DNA of 63,991 bases, filler included, from Dugesia japonica (Eukaryota): NCBI GenBank assembly GCA_001938525.1. It is 6 parts of 6 records of this genome, joined end to end, with 100 filler letters (N's around TTAATTAATTAA, not from the genome) between each part and the next. Parts side by side here need not be neighbours in the genome. Positions count along the whole stretch, not along the records: positions 38,907 to 55,460 come from MQRL01635408.1; positions 55,561 to 63,991 come from MQRL01591326.1; 4 more parts are not named here. The stretch is one strand, 5' to 3'. The notes under the pieces are model-generated. The model saw nothing but the letters and a program-made list of their open reading frames with translations. It was not told the origin of the DNA and ran no database searches. The position numbers and the translations under genes were made by a program. Positions 50,313-63,771 of the stretch are shown here, in pieces. Numbering within the stretch: the stretch's first letter is position 1; each line of letters opens with the position of its first letter.

Positions 50313-50770
50313 CTAATTAATCCGTCCTTCGTTGGTTTTGGGACCCTACCTATTTTATTTCTTTACTCGGTGTTCCACCCAAAAACTAAAAACAAAGCAC
50401 ACCTTAGAAAATTTTTTTTCGCGTATTTATAAGACTAACAAACAAAAAATCTTTATCTACCAAAACATTAATCAATAATACACCAAAATTTCACAAAACC
50501 TAGACCGCTATATGCGCCAACACTTCCACTTTCCAAATCGAACAAATGTCCACAACATGTCCATAACGATTTTAAGTCAAGTGCGCGATAACTCATTGCC
50601 TTGTGTCAGTGTGCTCACAACTGTGTCGACTCTAAGCGTATTTTAGCCCATAGTTACATTTGACAATGTATAGATTCTATTCACCGTCCACCTCAAACGA
50701 AATTTCTTAAAACTTTGTCGGCGAAGTGGAGGAACTGTTTACATCCGCCATTATTTACCTACTTACAAAT
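50313..50770 (+). repeat. Near-identical re-assembly of 48901-49285 plus 50190-50262 (alternate haplotype or assembly duplication)
   Basis: Identical by eye except one A/C difference, directly after a gap, and lacking 49286-50189. Confidence 0.85.
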
Positions 50771-52568
50771 GATAAATGTTTCAATTTTTTTAAATTAGCA
50801 CCGTTATATAGTTTTTAAAAGCGAATTTATTTAAATCAGACTTGTTAAATATTTAAATAAAATCAATAAAATAGTTTGTAAAATAAATTTTAAATATTTA
50901 TGTAACAGTTTAAAGCAAACGAATTTTCAAATTTATCATTCGTATTTAATCACAAATTTGTAATTTACAACGTATATTACAATTTTATCATTTTTATAAT
51001 TTTAGTTGGTATTTTATATAATTATTAAATTCCTGATTTTCAACCAAATATATTTTTATTGTATTTTTAAATTTTGCGTTATTTATTAAAAATTAAAATA
51101 AACTGAATTAATGAAATGATTTTAAAAAAGCTGATATTTTTTTATTTTCGTTTCGAATATGGAAAGTGTTGATTTTTTTATTGCATCGACGTGTACTCCA
51201 AACTCATCTAACAAGTATATTGCTAACATTGATTTATGTTTAAATTTTACAGTTTTAATGACATATTTTAATTATGATAACATAAAAATTCGAATAAATC
51301 CCAGATAATCAAATTATTGAATAATAATGTGTAATATAAATCCAATATTTAGCAATTTGAAGTTAAGTGAAGTAGACAATTCCGCTGAAATAATTAAATT
51401 CATTAATTTATGCAAATTAAATAGTTCGTTAACTTCACCTGTTTTTCGTTTTTGAATTTATCAGTATTTTGTTTGTTTTCATAATTTTCAGATACTAGAA
51501 AAAAAATAGAATATTAACATTCATAAATATAGCACGTTTCTGGTTCTACATGGAACCCGGTCACGTTTCTACAATACTATATAAACTTTGTAAACAATAA
51601 TTACAATAAAAACTGTACTTGTTATTATAAATTAATAAATATTTCATCCAAATTTATAAAATCAATACAAAACAATTTAATTAATCAATTATAATTAATA
51701 TTTTTAATGGATTTATTATTCAAACAAAATTATTATTAATGTGATTTTCTAATTGAAATTAATTAAATCAATAGAAATTATACTCGATTTTTCCATGACA
51801 TCTGTACTAACAACAAATCCATAGTTCCTTTTTAGAGAGCAGCACCAACAGACTAATAGTAAAATTAGTTATCGAAATTATTAAATTAATATTAAAAAAT
51901 ATATATCTATATCCACCAATCACCAGACTCATACCGACATTGATTACTTGATCATCGAGATCTTTCGTCTCTAATTCGATAACATCTGATAAAAGGTTAG
52001 AAAATATTCTCTAATTTCTTAACTTTATCAAATTATTAGTAAATTTTACAGTTGTATTTGATCAAGTAAATTTTCCTAATCAAAATAATAAATATTATTC
52101 AAATTATAATATCTAATTTCTTTCATTTAAAAATTACTCGCAGAGAAATATTTTTATTATTTTTACAAAAGCTTTAAAGAATTTGAATATTTTTGATTTG
52201 AAAAAATGGCGCTAGTTTCATTTTCATGATTTCTCTTTTACTTAATAATAAAGTTTTAGTTAAAATAAAACGTTTTGAAATTTACGAATTAAAATTTAAA
52301 TTGTACTAGAGGTCCATGGACCAAAGGTTAAGAAATCCTGCTCAAAAGGAATACTATTATCAAAAAACACTTTCATTTCATAGTTCATACCCTCCTCTCC
52401 CCCATGACAATAAACTGATATATGGAGTCTCATTGGCTGAAATTTTTTGTATTCGGGAAATATTTAGTTTGTTTTAAGTCTTTCACTGGCAAATATTTAT
52501 TTGTTTTAATTAGAACTCATTTAAAATAAAAGCGTCGATGAAAATTGTTTTTTTGTTTTTAGAGATTG

Positions 52569-52601
52569 ATTCGATATTTCGACTTTGTCTTCGTCAGGAA
52601 T
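52569..52601 (-). ncRNA. Minimal type I hammerhead ribozyme of a Penelope-like repeat
   Basis: AUUC-CUGACGA-A-GAC(AAA)GUC-GAAA-UA-UC/GAAU: intact core, helix I AUUC/GAAU, helix II GAC/GUC, palindromic AUAU helix III, AUC cleavage triplet. Confidence 0.7.
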
Positions 52602-53627
52602 TGACTTTTTTCATCGAAACTTTTAATTAATATTATATTATACACAAAATGCTATGACTCACAAATCAATAGTCAGATTGCTGTCAAATTTGTACACGTA
52701 CAGTTTGAAGGTTAGTACTAACTAAAAATCATATGGAAAAAACTCTAGTAACGCCATCTATGTGTCATCCCACGGACTTATTGAATGACCTAGTACAATT
52801 TAAAGGAAGCAAGTTATGTCATGGCATGGAACATCACGCGAGGCAAACGTCCCGATATAAAAGGAGAATTTTTTAAGAAAAATTTTGAAGATATAGTTAA
52901 AATTATAGATCCTGAGAATTCAAAATTACATTAAAAAAATATCAAAAATTCCAGCATCTCGATCAACTGTAGAAAGACGTATTACAGATATATGTCTAGA
53001 TACATTTGAAAAACTTACAATTGATATTGTGAGCAGTGTTGAAAAGCAAGTTGAAATTTTTGTGTGATTGGTGATTTTATTTTTAAAATATTTTGTTTNN
53101 NNNNNNNNNNNNNNNNNNNNNNNNNNNNNNNNNNNNNNNNNNNNNNNNNNNNNNNNNNNNNNNNNNNNNNNNNNNNNNNNNNNNNNNNNNNNNNNNNNNN
53201 NNNNNNNNNNNNNNNNNNNNNNNNNNNNNNNNNNNNNNNNNNNNNNNNNNNNNNNNNNNNNNNNNNNNNNNNNNNNNNNNNNNNNNNNNNNNNNNNNNNN
53301 NNNNNNNNNNNNNNNNNNAAATTTTGTTATAAAATTTTAAAGGAAAATTAAGAAAATAAATAAAATATTTTAAAATGGATCAAATTAATTTTAATAAATT
53401 AAATTTTGCATTTTTAATTTTAGAAAAAAGATCACCAATTAAAAAACACTGAATTTTATTTTGTTTGTTTAACGAATAATGTTGGTTATAGTTTTGATTT
53501 TAATAAAGTATTTCTTATGAATTCGGATTTTGATATTGATAATACGGCGAGTGTTCCAAATCCAACTAACAGATATTATCGGTATTCCACAGTTAGCGGG
53601 TTTTATACGTTTTTTTTAATATTTTAN

Positions 53628-53860
53628 CTGATATAACTATAAAAGAAGAATTGTTGGATTTAGTTCTTCTAACAGAATTAACTCGCGGTATCGACATTAA
53701 AAATTCATTGACAAAATGTTAATTGATTTTAATATTCCTGTTAACAAATTGGTAAGCATTGCAACTGATGGTGCTCCTGCTATATTAGGAAGTATAAATG
53801 GCTATACAAGATCACAATATATCCAAATATCTTTCAGTACACTCCATACTGCATCGAGAC
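53628..53860 (+). pseudogene. hAT (GTF2IRD2-like) transposase fragment
   Basis: IKEELLDLVLLTELTRGIDI ... FNIPVNKLVSIATDGAPAILG. Confidence 0.8.
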
Positions 53861-54029
53861 CAGCTCATTGCCATTATTATTATTATAATGGGATTTTTAA
53901 CCAATCAAATTCGAAAATTGTTCTATTGAAATGTATCGACCAATCAAATTGTAGAATTATCATTATCGCTATACGGACAAGTGAAAGAGGTGATAATACA
54001 CAGAGTGACAATTTCATCGATCTAATACT

Positions 54030-54490
54030 ATATTTAATCAATATTTTACTCGATTTTCCGATGTCGTCTCTTTCTTCAAAAGCAATTGAATATTCCCCGG
54101 GTTTAGCAACATGAGCAGCTCGATATTTTCCACTTAAATATTTATATAGAATAACCATAATAATGACAACACTTGATAATATTATTATTGTTATTGTTAT
54201 TATTTTCCAATTTGAATTATCTCCTGTATCAGATCAAATATTAACCAATTGTTGATTACATTTTACCAACTTCTCTCCAAGCTTTCTTTGCAATCTCCTA
54301 TCAAATCAAATCAAATTTAATAAGAAATCAAGTCACAATATTTATCACCAGCAATCACCAATCTTATATCGACCATGGAAACTTGATCATCGAGACCATT
54401 CGAGTCTAATTTGATAACAAATGATGAAAAATTAGAAAACTCTCTCTCTAATTTTTCTATTTCTCCTCCACAAGTGCTGGATAACTTGAA
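54030..54490 (-). pseudogene. Exon-like remnants of an unknown gene, paralogous to 51780-52030
   Basis: FSNFSSFVIKLDSNGLDDQVSMVDIRLVIAG vs FSNLLSDVIELETKDLDDQVINVGMSLVIGG; both have a later exon ending AAAATCGA|GTA. Confidence 0.35.
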
Positions 54491-55460
54491 AATAATTATT
54501 AAATCGATACATTCGTTACAATTCCCTAACTGGATTTCTTTGTTTACTTTTCAACACTTTTATCTCATTTTTACAACAAATCGATTAGTAAACCAAAATT
54601 CTAATAGTTGGATTTTATGTGCCTCTATTAAATCATAAATTGCAAATCAAAACTTTAGATAATTAAAAAATTGTAATTTTAATTTTATTTCTAAATGACC
54701 TCAAAAATTTTCTTACATGTCATCTTAGATTAATTATTGATTTAATAAGCCTGCTTACTAACTAAACCGTTATTTTTTAAAGTAATTCGCAAAATTAATA
54801 TTAAAATACTTTGCCGCTTGACCTACAATTTATAATTTAATTTATATCAGAAAATGGGAACTTTATTAAATTTATTTAACCAATTATAAGGGTTTAACGA
54901 GTATTTTCCATTNNNNNNNNNNNNNNNNNNNNNNNNNNNNNNNNNNNNNNNNNNNNNNNNNNNNNNNNNNNNNNNNNNNNNNNNNNNNNNNNNNNNNTTT
55001 ATTATTTTCTTCAGATTTTACCTTTATCCAATTATTACAAAATTTTACAGTTGCGCTTGATGAATTAAATTTTAATATACAATGAAGATTTATGTTTCCG
55101 ATTTTGTAAAAATTTATGTTAAATTCACAATTGGTGATGATATTGGCTCCATTAATACAATTATTACTATTAATCTCTACAAGTGAATTTATAAATGTTT
55201 TCACAGAACAGAAATACCTTCAAACAAATACANNNNNNNNNNNNNAAAAAAAATTGTTAATAATTTTAACATTATAAATCATTAGATTAGTTATTTAATA
55301 CAGACGAACAATTATAGTTGTGATTTTTTTATTACAAAGAATTTCCATAATTACTAAAATAAAAATATTTTTGAAAAACAATAAAATTGTAAAAAACACT
55401 CCTGCAAATTTTAATTATATTTAATTCCGAATTTTAAAAATATCGTCTCGTATTTTTTCA

Positions 55461-55560
55461 NNNNNNNNNNNNNNNNNNNNNNNNNNNNNNNNNNNNNNNN
55501 NNNNTTAATTAATTAANNNNNNNNNNNNNNNNNNNNNNNNNNNNNNNNNNNNNNNNNNNN
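55461..55560. other. Artificial scaffold linker
   Basis: N44-TTAATTAATTAA (55505-55516)-N44. Confidence 0.95.
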
Positions 55561-55760
55561 GCCACAAAAAATTTATGCCACAAAAATTTTTGCCAGCGGG
55601 GGGGGGGTCTTCATTAAAAATTCAATAGTGGCAAATCGCCACTAACAAAAAAAAAATTTTTGCCACAAAAATTTATGCCACAAATTTTTGCCAGCGGGGG
55701 GGGGAGGGGGGGTCTTTAATGGAAAAATCAATAGTGGCAATGCGCCACTATCTACCTACT
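55561..55760 (-). mobile_element. Polinton-like terminus with ~100-bp tandem units
   Basis: Ends CGCCACTATCTACCTACT (AGTAGGTAGATAGTGGCG on - strand, identical to the start at 63772); GCCACAAAAA and poly-G units repeated. Confidence 0.6.
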
Positions 55761-55789
55761 CATTGCGTATATATTTTGACTGTTCAACA

Positions 55790-56340
55790 AATTACAAAAT
55801 AAATGCAAATTGCAAAAATCATTATTCACGATAATTTTAAAATATGTGGATTCATCAATATATACAATATATATTGGGTTCCTAATATTCTGACAGAAAA
55901 GAATCAAATTGCTTGGATTATGGCTTTGAATATCTACTTACAAATGAAAATGCTTCTTAAGCCGGATTATGAAAGGTTCTAGTAGAACAATATAACAAGA
56001 AAGATCTTGTGGTAATGCAGGTTTAACTCAATTAACGTTGCAAAAGCTGACCTTCATCTTCAAAAAATGTTACGGTCTGCATGGTACCATTTTAAAGTAA
56101 TAGTCAACTATGAATTCCTGTCGCACAATCAGACAATGAATTTTAAAAAATATTCCTATCAGTAAACTAAATGGATGGCTAAATAGATGGACATTGTCTT
56201 ATATCATGATAATACCAAACAGCAAGTTTTATTGTTGTATTGCATGTAATCTAGGAGTACGGCAAGGAGCTTATGTTTTTTTCGCAAAACTCATCTGATA
56301 TTACCTCTTCCGACTACTATTTATTTCGGTTTACATTCAT
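55790..56340 (+). pseudogene. mariner transposase relic
   Basis: WVPNILTEKN, AKADLH.QK, VIVNYEFL..NQTMN, HDNTK, SSDITSSDYYLFR (YSPDLAPSDY-like). Confidence 0.8.
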
Positions 56341-56976
56341 GAAGAACGCGAGAATCTGAGCTCTGGTAATTTTCATGTCTTTAAAATACTGCATGAGTCA
56401 AATGTAACAAGCTCCTTGATGGCCATAAAAGTCCTAAAGCTATATCATATTTAGCGGAATCCACATGTTTGCTGAGAGTTTGAATATGATAGAATGGAAA
56501 ATCTTCAAACACATTGTTGGATACAGGTAGTAGCGTGTCTTTAATAAAGAATAGGGTTTGAAAGCATGCAAAGTTTAACGGCATGTGTGTTACACGTTAG
56601 GAGTCTGTAAACGGGAGTGCACTGAATATACTGGGAAATATGAGGTTACATCTATGGTGATAGATGATGTTGAGTTTAATTTGTTATATAAATGATCGTT
56701 TTGCATAGATGCCATACTTTCGAATGACATTCCTCTCAGTAACGAGATTACCATTAAAATTACCAATAAATTATCATGGTAAATTACAAGTAGCTCTTGG
56801 AAACAATTATTCAAGAGTCTGTATGATAAATATCATGAAATTGAAGAAAACCCTTTAGATACACGCACTATGATACTTCGTGGTGTCTGATGATTTGCAG
56901 TCAAATAACAGAAAAAACTAAAATGTACACAATTCCAGAAGAAAAGGAATTGCGATTCAAGAATCATGGCTAAACA
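56283..56976 (+). repeat. Left arm of ~690-bp inverted duplication (mariner tail plus Gypsy-type aspartic protease)
   Basis: Reverse-complement match to 58992-59682; contains LLDTGSSVSLI at ~56514. Confidence 0.9.
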
Positions 56977-58991
56977 TGATAAAATAATGATAATTAAATT
57001 CTTAATTAAATAATTAAATTGACTTTAGAATTAGTTGGTTAAAACAGAGTTAAAAATTTGGAAAACAAATGAATTTAATAAGTTTATTCGCAGAGAATAA
57101 ATAATTCTCATTTATAGAATACAACACGTCTGGGTTATTAATTAAGATGTAATTTGTTCACTTTAATAAAGTAAGATAAAATCTATGGTTTTAATTAAAG
57201 TAGCAATAACAAGTTAACTTTTCTTTCTATTATGACAATATAATTTATAAAATTTGTTTTAACTTTTTCACAAATAACATAAATCCATACCAAAGTAATC
57301 TAGCAAAATACTCGTTAAAATACGCGAAATAAGTAAACGTAAATATCTCAAACATATAACAATCACAAATTAATAAATAGAGAAATGTAATAAATAAATC
57401 ACAATAATGACATCTGTAAGAAATNAGACTAGACGTTCAATATTTTGAAATATAAATAAAGTAGGAATAACCATAAAAGCAAAGGAAAATAAATTTCGTT
57501 ACTAGTGGATTATTGATGGATTACTTATGATGGATTACTTATGGTTATAGTTTGATTATTACTAACTAATGATTGCTATAAATAATTATTAATAATCATA
57601 GTAAAAGATTAGCTTATAGGAATTGATCCTTTTTAAAAAGAAACCTCTGGAGTTAGTCTTTATAAATAAATTTGATTAATCATTATACAAAATGTGTCTC
57701 AAGTGTAGTGAAACTGATTCATTAAAACATCAAATAAACAAGGAAAAGAATACAAGTACATGTATTTTAATCAGATAATCGGTCTCCTTCAAAGTATTTA
57801 CACTCTGATAATGTAAATCTTTACATATTTTGACCGATGATTGAAAACTGCCATAATATTGAATCTGAGTGACCGATTTTAGTATTCTGAAGCATGTACT
57901 TGATTCACTTTTAGAGATGATAATCGAGTCCTTTTCATCTTGTTTTATGATTCTTAACAAAATGAAGTCACGTTGTGATCAGTCTAAAGAATATAGAGAA
58001 TGAAACATAACTTTAATGCATTTGTCAGTAAGATGTTTACAGACAGACTACGCAATATAGCGTTGTGTATTGCAGTGTAATAATCTGAAATCTCGAGTAA
58101 TACAGTGATTATTATTTTTAGTAGGTAGTTATTAAAGAACTGACACAGTGCATATGCAGTACCCTCCTCACCGGATTAGTGATGTAATGAAACTTAACCC
58201 TAAGGCATTTAGTTTGTAATTTTAAAATATGACATCATATTAAAACTGTTTAGTGGTCTCAATATTTTCTGTATGCATTTATTTGGGAAAAAGCTTTGGT
58301 CACAAATTATGTCATAATATTAATTTCATCGTTGAAATTTATGTGCAATTCATTCATTTTTAATCGCGTTTTGAAATATTTATTTTTAAATTTATGCTTT
58401 GTACTTTTATGAAAAATTTTTTGTCGAAATTTTTACATCGCTCCATACAGAATTCGATGGAGATTATTTTTCACAAATAAATATTTTTCAAGAAAATTAT
58501 TTCTCATTTTTTTCTAGACTTATATATGTGTGTTAGATAGAAAACTTTTCGCTGATTCCAAATAAATAAAACTAACATCGCAAAAATTTATCCGGAATGA
58601 AATAAAATAGGATTTCAAATTTTGAATTTTAGTATTCAATTCTTTTTGCGTATTGTTTCAAATTTAGTATTATTTTACTCAGCATGAAAAAATGACTGTA
58701 AAACGTTAAAATATCAGCTTGATAAAAATGCTTCCTGACGAAGATGAATAGTTGTTCTCTCGAATTTGGTAACTTTTTTCAAACATTAAAAATGTATCTC
58801 AAATTTGGTCAATGAAGTATCTATTATTTCATCATGTTTATCATTTATTTCATAAAATTAAAAGCTTCGATAAAATTTGTTTTTGATTATATTGATCACT
58901 TTTAAATTTTGTGATGAACATATCTGTATTCATATTTTTCTTGTATCATGAATGCTTCTATATTTATGTAAATCACAAATGTTAGTGTAAT

Positions 58992-59682
58992 TGTTTAGCC
59001 ACGATTCTTGAATCGCAATTCCTCTTCTTCTGGAATTGTGTACATTTTAGTTTTTTCTGTTATTTGACTGCAAATAATCAGACACCACGAAGTATCATAG
59101 TGCGTGTATCTAAAGGCTTTTCTTCAATTTCTATGGTATTTATCATACAGACTCTTGAATAATTGTTTCCAAGAGCTACNNNNNNNNNNNNNNNNNNATT
59201 TATTGGTAATTTTAATGGTAATCTCGTTACTGAGAGGAATGTCATTCGAAAGTATGGCATCTATGCAAAACGATCATTTATATAACAAATTAAACTCAAC
59301 ATCATCTATCACCATAGATGTAACCTCACATTTCCCAGTATATTCAGTGCACTCCCGCATACAGACTCCAAACGTGTACCACACATGCTGTTAAACTTTG
59401 CATGCTTTCAAACACTACTCTTTATTAAAGACACGCTACTACCTGTATCCAACAATATGTTTAAAGATTTTCCATTCTATCATATTCAAACTCTCAGCAA
59501 ACATGTGGATTCTGCTAAAGATATAGCTTTAGGACTTTATGGCCATCAAGCAGCTTGGTTCCTTTAACTCTTGCAGTATTTTAAAGACATGAAAAATACC
59601 AGAGCTCCGATTCTCGCGTTCTTCATGAATGTAAACTGAAATAAATAGTAGTCGGAAGAGGCGATATCAGATGAATTTGGCG
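58992..59682 (-). repeat. Right arm of the inverted duplication
   Basis: ORF track shows near-identical translations on opposite strands (56590-56814 vs 59104-59394; 56381-56584 vs 59385-59567). Confidence 0.9.
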
Positions 59683-60431
59683 CAATTATTGTCGCAATAA
59701 TTGTAATTCTAGAATTTCTTGGATTAAAACGAAAAGTTTTATTCAAGTCCTAACTAAACGAATGTTTACATTTATTTTTTCTATGACAAGAAATGTTTAA
59801 ATGATATAATTTATCATTATTGCTTTTGTTGCCAATACATGTATGTAATAAAATACATAGAAAACTTATGAAGCATGAATGACAGTTTAGAATTCATTTA
59901 GACATGATTTATGTATTTTCAACTGACTGTTTTCAATTTTATCATATCAAATAATACTTGGTTTGCATGTTCAATTTATTTAATGTGGTTAAATGAATTT
60001 CAATTGTATTATTTTGGTGTTTGATATTTAATCATAAATTTGTAATATTATCATTATTTTTGAAAATTTTAAAATACAATTATAAATAAATTTTAAATTA
60101 ATTAAAATAATATGTAATGATAAAAATTGGACAGATATTTCATTATCAATCCTGGCCAACTTAAACAATATTTTAGGTTACTTTGGAAATGCATAATAAT
60201 CCAGCGTCTGCATGTATCTATAACAATTGTTGATGAACATTATCCTATTGTATTATTATGGTTATTTATTTCATATATATATATATATTTATTTATTTAT
60301 TTATTTTTTTATTTATTTATTTATTACTGATGTGAACTGCAAATGAACAAACCAAATTATTAATTAATTACAATAATATACGCTTATGTGAATGCTAAAC
60401 TGTGAAATTATATTATATTATAATATATGTT

Positions 60432-61050
60432 AGTAGATAGATAGTAGCAGTAAAGAACAGCATACATTTGGTAAGCCCATCCCCCGAAACGTAACGAAAT
60501 TTAATCCTAATGTATTTAGTTGGGATTTTAAAAATTGTATCATTAGGTAACATTTACGTTACTGTTTTCGTATTTTTCTGTTTATTTAGTTAGGAAAATT
60601 TTTGCACACAAATTATATCATGAGAATACTTTTATCGGTGAAATTTTACGTAATAGGATTAACTGTTTTCATTGGAAATTTATTCGGTGAGGTCGAATGA
60701 GGTCAATTTATGATTGGTTTTTGTGAGGTCGAGGAAGATAAGGTCGATTTTTGATATGTTTGGATGAATTTGGTCTAATTTTTCCTCGGGATTGGTCAGT
60801 TTGGAAATTTTTTGGAATATTCGGTCAATTATTTACTCAGTATAGGAAATATTGGTCAATTATTACCTCGGGATTGCTCGGTTTGGGTAATTCTTTGGTG
60901 AATTTGACAGAATATTTCCTCGGGAATGAAAAATTTGGGTAATTTTTGAACGATTCGGTCAATTATTTCTTCTAATTGGTCAATTTCGTTTGAAAGTTTA
61001 CGGAAATTTGTGGAAAAAGTCGAATTTGTTGAAATTTTCAAGTTTTTAAA
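60432..61050 (+). mobile_element. Polinton-like terminus and subterminal repeats
   Basis: Starts AGTAGATAGATAGTAGCAG; internal GAGGTC(G/A)A and CCTCGGGATTG repeats; right boundary uncertain. Confidence 0.45.
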
Positions 61051-62704
61051 AATTATTTAAAACTCAAATTTAGAATTTTGGTGCTGAATTTTCTCTTCGT
61101 ACATAACTCGTATGATTTTGAATTTAGTATTATTTTACTCAAGAGGAAATAGTTACAGTGTAAATTTAAAATATCGTCACGGTAAAAATGCTTCCTAACG
61201 AAAATATTTTGCTGTCCTCTCGGATTTGGTAACTTTTTCGAAAATTGAAATTCGCCAAAAGGGTATCTATTCGATAGAGAATCTTTCACTGATTTTAAAT
61301 ATGTAAAACTTGCATCAATAAACGTTATAGATAAAAGGTTATTTATAAAACAAAAAAACTTAGTTAAAAAATAAAGAGTCACTCATAAGAATCGAACCAC
61401 TACTGATGAACTGTAAATGAACTCCTATTACTGCTGGACCATAAAGTAAATCAATTATTTTCAAATATCATTATTAATAAGGATTAAAATGATCAAACTT
61501 TATTATTGATGAAATAAATTAAAAACAAGTAATTATTATGCGTTGATCTCATGGATACTTATAGTTTCTAATGATAAACAATCAAATTTTGAAAAAAANN
61601 NNNNNNNNNNNNNNNNNNNNNNNNNNNNNNNNNNNNNNNNNNNNNNNNNNNNNNNNNNNNNNNNNNNNNNNNNTTCTTTAATTTTTGAATAGACTTAATT
61701 TAAATGTTTAGAAAAATGAAATATTTAACCAAATGTTATGAGAAAGATTGAAATCAATTGAATTATGAAAATTAAATCCGGTTAGTTTTATTAAATTTAA
61801 AATTTAAATTGATTTTGTAATGTTTTACTTATGATTTTAATTAGGATTTAGCATCAAATATTACGAGTGATGCATGTATTTTAATGTAAACTTTAAAATT
61901 AATAGTTAATTATCTTAACCTTTTTAATAAATCTTGTTTGAATTCATTCTTTGCAATAAATGTGCACTTTTCAAATTTAAAAGTTGAATTTGACTTGGTT
62001 TAAAATTATAAATACAAAATATAGACTAACTTTTAAATATTTTTTAAAATATAGAATTTTAATAAATTTATATAAAAGTTTAATAAGTATACTAATTTCC
62101 ATAACCTTTCTTGGATTTCATTAGATTTTCACCAACCATCCAACTGAACCAATAAATAACATGAATTGTGATCCAGATTTTAAGAATTATACGAAAAATA
62201 TAATAAAATGAGGTGGGATATGATGATTATTAATTAATGATGAATTAAAGTTTTATGATTAGTTTAAAAGATACAATTAATTTATTACAAATTTAATGTT
62301 ATCAATTTTAATTTCATACTTATAAATTTTCCCAGGGACCAACTAAATAAAGTACTTGCTTTTTCAATTTATTTAATCAAGGACAAAGATTTTTAATTTT
62401 TAACCAGGTTTTTTTACTCAGCATAAAATTCTTTATCGAATAGATACTTTGGTGATCAAATTTGAGTTACTTTTATTTTTTACATTCTATGGTTAAATAA
62501 TATGATTACAATAATATGAGATTACAATTATCCATGAAAACATCCCATAATATGTACTTTTTAATTTTATTCCGGTAATGATAATGTAAATGTCTTTTAT
62601 CCGTAATAATACTGATATTTGAAAATATTTTATTAATTTTATAGTCTATTGGTTATAGCATTGTCTTGCGATTCAATAGTACTGGATTCGATTCCTATTT
62701 TATT

Positions 62705-63771
62705 TGGGCTCCTGGTCTAAATATCATCACGTACCAGGATCTAAAATACGCAGACCCAAAATGCGCTCTTATACACCAAATCTTTCTAAATACCCTATCT
62801 TCTGGTGTTACTACGGACAATTGGAAAACTTACTCTACGCTGATGATTCTGAAACCAGGCAAAGCTGGATCATACCACAAAGTCTCATCATGGTTACCAA
62901 TAACTTTGCTGGATTGTTTGTACAAGCTTCTCATGGCTTGTCTCACATCTCAGTTATTGAGTTGGGTCATGAGATCCAAACTGTTTCACAACCTCCAGAA
63001 AGGTGCTGGCAAGTCAGAGGGCTGTTCCTAACACAATTTGTTTCTTCGATGTCTGCTAGATGAGCAGAGCTAATATACTAAATTGAACTTACATATCAGC
63101 TTCCTAGATATCGCAGATGTTTTCGCCAGCATAATCATAGAGCACATCTTTGGCCTGCTCACAAGAATGTGTGTCTATGAAAACTCCATCAATCTAACAA
63201 GAGGCCTGTAATCCGATTGCTCCAGCTACTATACTTGCAATGGAACCTCCACTAAACCCATTGCAAACAAAAGAGGCGTCAGACAGGGTTGTCCTTTATC
63301 TATTTAACTGTTCAACATTATGATTAACCCAATCATAAGCGAGATAACAAAGACTCCCAGGGCTGGTGTTTTTTGTGCAGGCTACTCAATTTCTTGCTTG
63401 GCTTATGTGGACAATTTCGCTCTTGTAGCCTATGGTTGATATAGCGGCGCAATTTGCAGACTAATTCTCTCTTGATTTCCGACCGAGCAAGAGCGCATAT
63501 TAACAGTGTCCTGTGAATAGTGATCTTGTTCAAATTACAATCAAGCTAGAACCTGTCTCTATAATCCAGCACCAGGATTCCTATAGATACCTTGGTGTTG
63601 ACTTTGGCCGCGACAATTTTCAAATTCCCACGGCAATGTTTAAAAAATCTGCCAGGGACCTTGAAAAAATAGCCAATTCGGTCCTTTATCTCTTGTAGAA
63701 AATCCAGGCATACCAAACCTTTATCCACTCAAGGTTTACGTTTGCGTTTAGGAATTTCAACATTCTGTTAA
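62705..63771 (+). pseudogene. Non-LTR retrotransposon RT (R2/NeSL-like), truncated by a Polinton-like end
   Basis: APGLNIITY..WKT...MILKPG..SWLPITL..LYKL..LQKG...EGC.*HN, FLDIADVF, RGVRQGCPLS..LFN, LAYVDN (YADD), YRYLGV. Confidence 0.85.

Noticed and set aside
56590-56814. Duplicated ORFs on opposite strands as a conserved gene pair
   Set aside because: They are antisense readings of a decayed protease region copied by a recent inverted duplication
57695-57720. U2 snRNA-like TCAAGTGTAGT
   Set aside because: Only 11 nt match, with no flanking U2 sequence or Sm site
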